24,680 nucleotides of DNA from the NCBI GenBank assembly GCA_030632035.1, contig DAOVJZ010000001.1:1-24680 (forward strand), written 5' to 3'. Of this stretch, positions 8,473 to 17,424 are shown in pieces. A program made the translations under genes and the position numbers. The notes beneath the pieces are model-generated. The model searched no databases and was not told the origin of the DNA. It saw only the letters and a list, made by a program, of their open reading frames with translations. This DNA is from Granulosicoccaceae bacterium. Lineage in GTDB: Bacteria > Pseudomonadota > Gammaproteobacteria > DAOVJZ01. Position 1 is the stretch's first letter, and every line of letters begins with the position of its first letter.

Positions 8473-9447
8473 ATGAATAAATTACGGGCCGGAGTCATAG
8501 GCGTAGGTTATCTGGGAAATTTTCATGCCCAGAAATATGCAGAACTGGAAGATATTGAATTGGTAGGTGTGGCCGATGCCAGTATGGAACGTGCCGAAGA
8601 GATTGCTAAAGAACTCTCAACCGAAGCATTTCAGGATTACAGTGAATTGATTTCACTGGTTGATTTGGTTTCTATTGTTGTTCCCACTGATTTACACCAT
8701 AGCATTGCACGCGAGTGTCTGAATTCTGATGTACATGTCCTGCTCGAAAAACCAATCACGGTAACGGTTGAAGAGGCAGAAGAACTCATCAAATTAGCGA
8801 ATGAACGTAAAAGAGTATTTCAGGTAGGCCATCTGGAAAGGTTTAATCCAGCCATCATGGCACTGGATGGTAAACTGAATAATCCGATGTATGTTGAATC
8901 TCATCGTTTGGCACCATTCAAGATTCGTGGAACCGATGTGAATGTGATTATGGATCTGATGATTCATGATATAGATATCATTTTGAATCTCGTGCAAAGT
9001 GAAATAAAGTCAGTCAGTGCTGTGGGTGTGCCGGTATTATCTGCTGATGTAGATATTGCCAATGCGCGTCTTGAGTTTGCTAATGGTTGTGTGGCTAATG
9101 TAACGGCCAGTCGTGTTAGTCGTGAAGGTATGCGCAAGCTTAGAGTGTTTCAGCCTGATGCCTATTTTTCTATTGATTACAATGATCGCGAAATCACGAT
9201 GGCAAACAAGAAAAGTGATGAACTGGATGAGCAGGGCGTTCCCGTTATTTCGGTTGAAAAAGAAACCTTTGAACAAGCCGATGCATTGATGAGTGAAATC
9301 AAGGCATTTATTGACTCCATCAGAACTGGTAAGCCTCCAGTTGTAAGCGGTGAAGATGGCAAACGCGCACTTGAAATAGCGCTTACCATTAACAAAGATA
9401 TCAAAATTACAAACGATGCCTCACAACTGATGGCAACATCCCAATAA
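8473..9447 (+). CDS. gnnA: Gfo/Idh/MocA oxidoreductase, probable UDP-GlcNAc 3-dehydrogenase (GnnA-like)
   Basis: GVIGVGYLGNFHAQKY Rossmann start, LLEKP, QVGHLERFNP, DLMIHDID; adjacent to a DegT aminotransferase and LpxA. Family is certain; the specific activity is inferred. Confidence 0.75.
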   Translation: MNKLRAGVIGVGYLGNFHAQKYAELEDIELVGVADASMERAEEIAKELSTEAFQDYSELISLVDLVSIVVPTDLHHSIARECLNSDVHVLLEKPITVTVEEAEELIKLANERKRVFQVGHLERFNPAIMALDGKLNNPMYVESHRLAPFKIRGTDVNVIMDLMIHDIDIILNLVQSEIKSVSAVGVPVLSADVDIANARLEFANGCVANVTASRVSREGMRKLRVFQPDAYFSIDYNDREITMANKKSDELDEQGVPVISVEKETFEQADALMSEIKAFIDSIRTGKPPVVSGEDGKRALEIALTINKDIKITNDASQLMATSQ

Positions 9448-9463
9448 TTGAAGGAAGTTTTAC

Positions 9464-10567
9464 GTGTCTAAGTTAAATATCCCAATGGTTGACCTGAAAG
9501 GGCAATATCAATCACTCAAAAAAGAAATAGATAATGGTATTCAGGATGTATTGAATGCTACCAGTTTCATTCTTGGTCCTAATGTACAGGCACTGGAAAA
9601 AGAAGTAGCTGATTATTGCGGTGTCAAACATGCGATTGGTGTTGCATCGGGTACGGATGCCTTGCATCTGGCATTACTTGCCGCTGATATTGGCCCCGGT
9701 GATGAAGTGATTACTTCACCCTTTACCTTTATTGCCACGGCAGAGGCCATTGCCTATGTTGGTGCGAAACCTGTCTTTGTTGATATCAATCCAGATACAT
9801 TCAATATTGATCCTGCCCTGATCGAAGCAGCGATTACCGATAAAACCAAAGCAGTAATGCCAGTACATATGTTTGGACAATCCGTTGATATGGATCCGAT
9901 TGCGGCTATTTGCAAGAAGCATAAACTCAAAATTGTTGAGGATTGTGCGCAATCATTCGGTGCCGAGTATGGCGGTAAAAAATCCGGTGCCTATGGTGAT
10001 CTGGGTTGTTTTTCTTTCTTCCCCAGCAAAAATCTGGGAGCCTTTGGTGATGGCGGTATGGTTATTACCAATGACGATGCCATGGCAGACAATGTGCGTA
10101 TGTACCGTAACCACGGTAGCAAGGTGCGTTATTATCATTCATGCATTGGTTACAATAGTCGTCTGGACGAAATGCAGGCAGTAATTTTAAGAGTAAAACT
10201 GAAACGCATTGATGAATTCAACAGTAATCGTTACAACAATGCACAGGCCTATACAAACAAGCTAAAAGATTCTGGTATTACCGCGCCGTTTGAAGATGGG
10301 AAAGGAACCCATGTTTATCATCAATACACCATAATGCATGACAAGCGTGATGCAATTCATCAGGCATTAACAGAGCGTGGCATTGCTTCAGCGATTTATT
10401 ATCCTGTGCCTTTGCATAGACAGGAAGTATTTGCTGAAGATTACAAGAATATCAGCCTGCCAAATGCAGAAGCAGTATCTGAACGGGTTGTTTCCTTGCC
10501 TATGTTTCCTGAACTGACTCAGGAACAGATACAGCAAATAATGGAAACAGTGCTTTCTGCTATTTAG
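9464..10567 (+). CDS. gnnB: DegT/DnrJ/EryC1/StrS PLP aminotransferase, probable UDP-3-keto-GlcNAc aminotransferase (GnnB-like)
   Basis: SGTDALHLAL, EDCAQ (PLP Asp), FSFFPSKNLGAFGDGG (Schiff-base Lys), GYNSRLDEMQA; GTG start. Confidence 0.75.
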   Translation: MSKLNIPMVDLKGQYQSLKKEIDNGIQDVLNATSFILGPNVQALEKEVADYCGVKHAIGVASGTDALHLALLAADIGPGDEVITSPFTFIATAEAIAYVGAKPVFVDINPDTFNIDPALIEAAITDKTKAVMPVHMFGQSVDMDPIAAICKKHKLKIVEDCAQSFGAEYGGKKSGAYGDLGCFSFFPSKNLGAFGDGGMVITNDDAMADNVRMYRNHGSKVRYYHSCIGYNSRLDEMQAVILRVKLKRIDEFNSNRYNNAQAYTNKLKDSGITAPFEDGKGTHVYHQYTIMHDKRDAIHQALTERGIASAIYYPVPLHRQEVFAEDYKNISLPNAEAVSERVVSLPMFPELTQEQIQQIMETVLSAI

Positions 10568-10570
10568 TAC

Positions 10571-11344
10571 ATGTCTGACATCCATCCTACCGCAATAATT
10601 TCTTCCGAGGCCAGTATTGGCAAGGATGTTTCCATTGCACCCTATGTTATTGTTGAAGGAAATGTTTCGATTGGCAATGGTTGCAGGATTGGTTCGCACA
10701 GTGTCGTAAAAGAATTTACCCGCCTGGGAAATAACAACACCGTACATGAGCATGTGGTACTTGGCGGTACCCCGCAGGATTTCAAATTTTCCCAGTGTGA
10801 AAGTTTTCTGGAGATTGGGGAGGGCAATGTCTTTCGGGAAGCAGTGACCGTACACCGTTCTAATACAGCCGGAAAGAAAACAGTGATTGGCAATAATAAT
10901 TATTTGATGGCCAATTCGCATGTGGCACATGATTGTATTTTGGGTGACAACATTATTATGGCCAATGGTGTGCTATTGGGTGGCCATGTCACAATTGAAG
11001 ATCGTGCATTTTTATCCGGAGCAGTTACTGTGCATCAATTTTGCCGGATCGGCACCATGGCGATGTTGGGTGCCAGTGCACGTATCAATCAGGATTGTTT
11101 ACCCTATATGATTATTGATGGTGCACCAGGTCGTGTGCGCGGACTTAACCTGATAGGGTTGAAGCGAGCTGGTTTTTCAAGAGATGAGATTAGCAGTTTG
11201 AAACAGGCAATGAAAACATTGTTTGGTTCGGGGGAGCTTGATGAAAAACTGGTTGAGATAAAAAAAGTGCCTTCTGAGCAGGTACGGCATCTGGCTGGTT
11301 TTATAGAAACTTCTGAGCGAGGGTTTGCTCACAAAAGTCGTTAG
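10571..11344 (+). CDS. lpxA: Acyl-ACP--UDP-N-acetylglucosamine acyltransferase (LpxA family)
   Basis: 257 aa; hexapeptide repeats from IHPTAII; PQDFKF, SHVAHDC (catalytic His), GGHV, VHQF and the C-terminal GLNLIGLKRAGF helical domain diagnostic of LpxA. Confidence 0.9.
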   Translation: MSDIHPTAIISSEASIGKDVSIAPYVIVEGNVSIGNGCRIGSHSVVKEFTRLGNNNTVHEHVVLGGTPQDFKFSQCESFLEIGEGNVFREAVTVHRSNTAGKKTVIGNNNYLMANSHVAHDCILGDNIIMANGVLLGGHVTIEDRAFLSGAVTVHQFCRIGTMAMLGASARINQDCLPYMIIDGAPGRVRGLNLIGLKRAGFSRDEISSLKQAMKTLFGSGELDEKLVEIKKVPSEQVRHLAGFIETSERGFAHKSR

Positions 11345-11400
11345 ATAATTTTTATTCCAGCGCTAATATCCTGTGTCCGGCTATACGAAAGGGAGTCTGA

Positions 11401-12252
11401 TTAAGGCTGTGTTTCTTCTACTTTCATAAAAATACGATAGTTATTTTCATTTCTTTGGCGAGTTTTATAAATAATGCTTGATGACTCCTGGCTGGACTCT
11501 TCATTTACGCCGCCAATCTCAATCCATTTACCAAGTTCGCCCCTGACACTTGTATGCATGGCTTGCGTATTGATTACCCCCCCACCAGTCTTGCTTAGAC
11601 TTTCTTTTTTGGGGCTGATATCAACAGTGACCATTTTCCCCCTGACACGTGGCAGGGCATAGAAACCTGAAGTGACATCTCGATAACGAATACTGTCTTG
11701 AGTAACAATATTATTACCATTACTGATAACAGTACGTTCAGGTAATGGAATGGCTTTACCTGTTTGTATATGAGCAACATTGCCTTCCAGCACTCTAACC
11801 TGATAAGTATCAGCTTCATTATCTCTGGCAGCAGTTTGATTTATTTTTATTCTGATACGAGTACGGCCATCTACTGATTCAATTTTCTCGTCGGCTGCAA
11901 TAGTTGCCTCGTCACTGATTTTCACCTGACCTGAGATATTGGCATTGAGTTCTTCGAGGTTAATATTGGAGCCATGTTTAACAGAAATAATCAGTGATCT
12001 GGGTGATTTATCCAGCTTGTTGAGTAGTTTTTTTATTTCAGCCATCTTTGAAGGAGTGGCTCTGATAATCAGCTGATAGCCAGTACCCGTTATCGCAGTA
12101 TTATTATCCATCAGCGGCTTTAAAACAGGGATGATTTCCGAGCTGGTTCGGCTATGAAGCTCGATAATTTCGATACTGGTTTTTTCCGCCAGCGTGATGG
12201 GACACTGAACCAGCAGTAGAATGAATATCAGGGGAATAAACAGGTTTTTCAT
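11401..12252 (-). CDS. Small secretin-like exported protein (N3/NolW-like domain plus abbreviated secretin core), function unknown
   Basis: Signal peptide MKNLFIPLIFILLLVQCPITLA; IIELHSRTSSEIIPVL...QLIIRATPSKMAEIKKLLNKLD is the N3-domain pattern; QVRVLEGNVAHIQTGKAIP, DVTSGFYALPRV and WIEIGG resemble secretin-core strands. Confidence 0.7.
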   Translation of the reverse strand: MKNLFIPLIFILLLVQCPITLAEKTSIEIIELHSRTSSEIIPVLKPLMDNNTAITGTGYQLIIRATPSKMAEIKKLLNKLDKSPRSLIISVKHGSNINLEELNANISGQVKISDEATIAADEKIESVDGRTRIRIKINQTAARDNEADTYQVRVLEGNVAHIQTGKAIPLPERTVISNGNNIVTQDSIRYRDVTSGFYALPRVRGKMVTVDISPKKESLSKTGGGVINTQAMHTSVRGELGKWIEIGGVNEESSQESSSIIYKTRQRNENNYRIFMKVEETQP

Positions 12253-12258
12253 GGTGAT

Positions 12259-12771
12259 TTAAAGATAGATTCTTCTGAGGTTAGGGTCAACTTCTGCGGT
12301 TTCCCATACATCGGTAAAAAATTTGGTTTTCTCTCCTGCTTCCAACGGGGTATTAAAGTTTACGATACCTTCATAATGGTCTGATAGGCGTTTATATAAC
12401 AGGCCGGTGTTATCTGCAATCAGGAAGGCGTCATTAAATTCCTTGTAGTCATAGCCAGGTTTACGTAACTCGATATAGCTACTGAGTCGTTGGCTGAGCT
12501 CAATCATCCTGTGACCTTCACGAATACAGCGGAAAGAGTCTTGTATCAGGATACGGATCCTTGAATATTTACTGCGCATAGCCAGTTGTGTGAGGGCAAA
12601 AATAAATTCAGGTGTGTCATAAATGACAGGCTCCAGATCACGGGTAAAAATATCAAGTGTACGGCGTGCTTGCGAGGCCATTGATAAAGCCAATGAACTG
12701 TTATCACTTTTCCTGTTAAATGAAATGGCATCACCGGTTATCCCCAGCTTCATATTTTCTACGTCTTCCAT
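12259..12771 (-). CDS. Conserved hypothetical cytoplasmic protein, 170 aa, possibly a degenerate PLD/TrmB-like fold
   Basis: ARRTLDIFTRDLEP...IRILIQDS...GHRMIELSQRLSSYIELR...FLIADNTGLL...FTDVWE pattern resembles proteins I recall near purB in Pseudomonas-like genomes; no HKD motif. 6-bp gap to the secretin-like gene. Confidence 0.7.
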   Translation of the reverse strand: MEDVENMKLGITGDAISFNRKSDNSSLALSMASQARRTLDIFTRDLEPVIYDTPEFIFALTQLAMRSKYSRIRILIQDSFRCIREGHRMIELSQRLSSYIELRKPGYDYKEFNDAFLIADNTGLLYKRLSDHYEGIVNFNTPLEAGEKTKFFTDVWETAEVDPNLRRIYL

Positions 12772-12807
12772 TCATACGACCCATACATACATATATTCAC
12801 ATTAAAA

Positions 12808-12836
12808 ACAATAGGTTATAGACAGTGTTGTGTCAA
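12808..12836 (-). promoter_or_regulatory. sigma70-type promoter TTGACA-N17-TATTGT for the hypothetical/secretin-like pair
   Basis: Plus-strand TGTCAA at 12831-12836 and ACAATA at 12808-12813, 17-bp spacer, about 35 nt upstream of the ATG at 12771. Confidence 0.55.
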
Positions 12837-13133
12837 AAATATTAGCTACTTTCATAAAGAATATATATCTTATGTCGATATATTCCCTATATATAAGAAA
12901 AAATACCCCGATGCCTGTTTTATATTTTAACCAATTGAAAATACAGCGATTTGATATCGTTTTAATCGGGAGCCTGAGGTATCGGACAATATGAAGCTTT
13001 CGATGAGCAGGAAACGGATTCCCCCATATAGTCAATTTATCAATTTGCATCAGAACATGCAGAAGCATTGTTTGTACACATTTTTTCAGTGAGCGTAGCT
13101 TATTCTATTTGGCAGGAACTTTAATTAATACTA

Positions 13134-15899
13134 ATGAACTTTTTTAAACATCTTTCGCTAATGCAGAAAATGCTTCTGCTCATTATTGGCACTGGCCTGA
13201 TCGGTTGGACAGTGCTTGACAATATAGAGAGCCGGAAACTGACAAATATTTTTAATGAACAATTGAGTCTGCGTTTTAAGCAACAGGCGATAACGGATAG
13301 GCACCAATTTAATGAACATGTTAAAAGTTATAGTAAGACATTAAAAATCGTTACAAGCCTGAATTCAGTGCATAAATATTTGACCACTAATAATTGGAAG
13401 AACAAAAACAATAAAGTATTAGTACACAAGACTCGTCCTGAATGGCTGCCTAATACATCGGTAATGCGTTCTTTAATCCATCCCCGAGTATTTATGATGT
13501 TCGATGACAAAATGAAGTTATGGGAAATTTATCATGCCCGTGAAGAATATCTTCCAGAACACCTGATAAAACCAACAAATAGTCTGCTTGATGCTAGTAA
13601 TGGGCAGAGTTTTGTTACGTGGTTTGATGGCAAACCTTATGTTGTGACAAGCGAAAATATTTATGATGAAAAACGAAATTTATTGGCCACATTATTATTT
13701 TCATCACCTATTGATAATGAATTTCTTATTCGATCACAGGGAGTATTAGATGATAATATTGTTGTTATTCTTGGAGAGGACAAGGAAACTATTATCGCCA
13801 GTAGTAATCCGGCAGTGATTAAGGCCGGTATTTCAATTGAATCTATGAAAACAAGTCATATGAGTGTGATGGATAAGTTGTTTGATTATGGCATGTCATC
13901 ATTCCCAATTAATTTTGTCTCATTAAAGTCCACAGATGAAGTTAAATCTTTAACTAAATCTGTTATCAAGATGGGTAGACAGGAAGGTGTTATTGTAACA
14001 GCAGTATTTGTTGGTTGTTTTGCTATTATTCTAATTTTGATTACCCGTCGGGTGGAAAATATTGGCACTAAAATAACAGAATTCTCTCGTAAAACACTTA
14101 ATGCACAGGAACAAAAATTTGAGAAAGGTGATCAGCTATTTGTTCTGGAACAGCAGTTTCAGGCGCTCACGCAGGAGGTTGTAAAAGGACGGGAAGATCT
14201 CAGGCGTGAAGCGGCAGAGAAGATTTTATTGATAAGGGATAATGTTGAAGAAAAGGAAAAACAACTTGAATTGCTTCAATCAACCACGGGTGTTTTAGGG
14301 GTTGGTGTTATTGTTAAGAAACAGGATGGCAACTATGAACCAGCAAATGATCAAATGGAACGGTTTATAGAATCTTGTGGTGATATCCAGTTATTTATTC
14401 CAAAGAAAGGATTTAAAGAAGAAGAGCATCATCTGCATGATGATAATGATGATGAGCGTATTTTTAATATCAGAAATATGGGTGAGTTATCAGGCGAAAC
14501 CGAGATTTATCTGGTACAGGAAATAACCGAATTAAAGGCAAAGACCAGAGCACTGGAACATCAGGCATTACACGATAGCCTTACCGGATTGCCAAATCGT
14601 GCTTTATTATATGAGCGGTTTGAACAAGTCATTCGTATGGCGCAGCGTGAATATAAAATGGTAGCACTGTTTATGATGGATCTGGATAGATTTAAGGAAG
14701 TGAATGATACATTAGGACACCATTTTGGTGACCTTCTTTTACAGGAAGTGGCCAAACGTTTACGTTATACATTACGAGATTCAGATACTGTAGCTCGTTT
14801 TGGTGGTGATGAATTTGCAGTACTACTTATTGTTCCAGATGAAGAAAAAATTGTTGGTGTTGCAAAAAAAATAACAGATTCTATTGATAAGGAATTTATT
14901 ATTGAAGGTCATACTATCAGTACAGCGATCAGTATCGGTATTTCCGTATTTCCAAATCATGGTGAGGATCCTAATGTATTAATACAGAGAGCAGATGTTG
15001 CTATGTATGTTGCTAAACAGGCACATACTGGTTTCTCTTTTTATGATCCAAGGCAGGATCCACATAGTTTAAACAGACTTTCATTAATGGGTGATTTACG
15101 CCATGCCATTGAGAAAGATGAACTGGTTCCGTATTTTCAGCCCAAGATTGATATGGTAACGGGCAAGGTAACCGGATCAGAGGCACTGGTAAGGTGGCAT
15201 CATGAAACAGAAGGATTTGTACCTCCTGATATGTTTATTCCTATTGCGGAACAAACAGGTTTGATAAAACAGTTAACATACTGGGTTGTTGACAAGGCTA
15301 TTCATCAATGCGCTCGTTGGCGCAGGGAAGGGATAGAAGTTGATGTATCTATCAACTTGTCAGTACGTAATTTACAGGATCCGAGTCTGGTTGAGTATAT
15401 AGCTAAAATTATATCAATGTGCGGAGTTCAACCAGAATGGATTGTATTTGAAATTACCGAGAGTGCCATCATGACAAGTCCTGCTGATGCACGTAATACG
15501 TTAGACAATCTTGACAAGATGGGGGTTGGTCTTTCCATTGATGACTTTGGCACCGGACATTCTTCACTTGCCTATTTGAAACAGCTACCAGTGAAAGAGA
15601 TCAAGATTGATAAATCATTTGTTACTGATATGCTGAAAGATGATAATGATGCTGTTATCGTTAGAGCCACAGTGGATCTTGCTCATAATCTGGGTCTTAA
15701 AGTTGTTGCAGAAGGTGTGGAAACAAAAGACGTAATGGATATGCTGGAAATTCTCGATTGCGATACCATACAAGGTTATTACATTAGCCCACCTATGCCG
15801 GCAGACAAATTCACACATTGGTTCAAGTCTTCACCCTGGGGTGGAGGGGATAGTAAAGGTACTGGCAAGATAGGTAATAATATACGTAGAATAAAATAG
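13134..15899 (+). CDS. Membrane-anchored diguanylate cyclase/phosphodiesterase (periplasmic sensor-HAMP-like-GGDEF-EAL)
   Basis: Two hydrophobic segments flank ~250 aa; HDSLTGLPNR, DLDRFKEVND, RDSD I-site, GGDEF (14802-14816); EAL (15180-15188), SINLS, EITES, DDFGTGHSSL, KIDKSF, AEGVE, QGY. Confidence 0.93.
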   Translation: MNFFKHLSLMQKMLLLIIGTGLIGWTVLDNIESRKLTNIFNEQLSLRFKQQAITDRHQFNEHVKSYSKTLKIVTSLNSVHKYLTTNNWKNKNNKVLVHKTRPEWLPNTSVMRSLIHPRVFMMFDDKMKLWEIYHAREEYLPEHLIKPTNSLLDASNGQSFVTWFDGKPYVVTSENIYDEKRNLLATLLFSSPIDNEFLIRSQGVLDDNIVVILGEDKETIIASSNPAVIKAGISIESMKTSHMSVMDKLFDYGMSSFPINFVSLKSTDEVKSLTKSVIKMGRQEGVIVTAVFVGCFAIILILITRRVENIGTKITEFSRKTLNAQEQKFEKGDQLFVLEQQFQALTQEVVKGREDLRREAAEKILLIRDNVEEKEKQLELLQSTTGVLGVGVIVKKQDGNYEPANDQMERFIESCGDIQLFIPKKGFKEEEHHLHDDNDDERIFNIRNMGELSGETEIYLVQEITELKAKTRALEHQALHDSLTGLPNRALLYERFEQVIRMAQREYKMVALFMMDLDRFKEVNDTLGHHFGDLLLQEVAKRLRYTLRDSDTVARFGGDEFAVLLIVPDEEKIVGVAKKITDSIDKEFIIEGHTISTAISIGISVFPNHGEDPNVLIQRADVAMYVAKQAHTGFSFYDPRQDPHSLNRLSLMGDLRHAIEKDELVPYFQPKIDMVTGKVTGSEALVRWHHETEGFVPPDMFIPIAEQTGLIKQLTYWVVDKAIHQCARWRREGIEVDVSINLSVRNLQDPSLVEYIAKIISMCGVQPEWIVFEITESAIMTSPADARNTLDNLDKMGVGLSIDDFGTGHSSLAYLKQLPVKEIKIDKSFVTDMLKDDNDAVIVRATVDLAHNLGLKVVAEGVETKDVMDMLEILDCDTIQGYYISPPMPADKFTHWFKSSPWGGGDSKGTGKIGNNIRRIK

Positions 15900-15900
15900 C

Positions 15901-17331
<1,431 letters not shown>

Positions 17332-17424
17332 TCATCATGTTCCATGCCCTAAAAGGTATCCTTTCACACGCGCAGGCGGTAAAATTGCCGGCTCGAATTA
17401 AATACGCAAAACAGGAATAGAGCA

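Noticed and set aside
10388-10930. 180-aa minus-strand ORF
   Set aside because: Antisense shadow of gnnB/lpxA; no RBS or motif. The other 60-150 aa ORFs nested in long genes were dismissed for the same reason.
8473-11344. Reading the dehydrogenase-aminotransferase-acyltransferase trio as a WbpB/WbpE/WbpD O-antigen sugar pathway
   Set aside because: The third protein has LpxA length and LpxA-specific motifs (PQDxK, HDC, GHV, HQF, C-terminal GLNxxGLKR helix domain), not those of a short sugar N-acetyltransferase; no UDP-GlcNAc 6-dehydrogenase, flippase or glycosyltransferase is nearby.
12802-13068. 88-aa minus-strand ORF in the AT-rich intergenic region
   Set aside because: No SD or motif, and it runs over the predicted promoter at 12808-12836; likely chance.
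12840-13133. c-di-GMP riboswitch, or sigma54/sigmaE promoter, upstream of the GGDEF-EAL gene
   Set aside because: No GEMM-type GNRA/receptor architecture seen. TGGCAGG lacks the -12 TTGC, and GGAACTT (13115-13121) has no matching -10 and is too close to the ATG.
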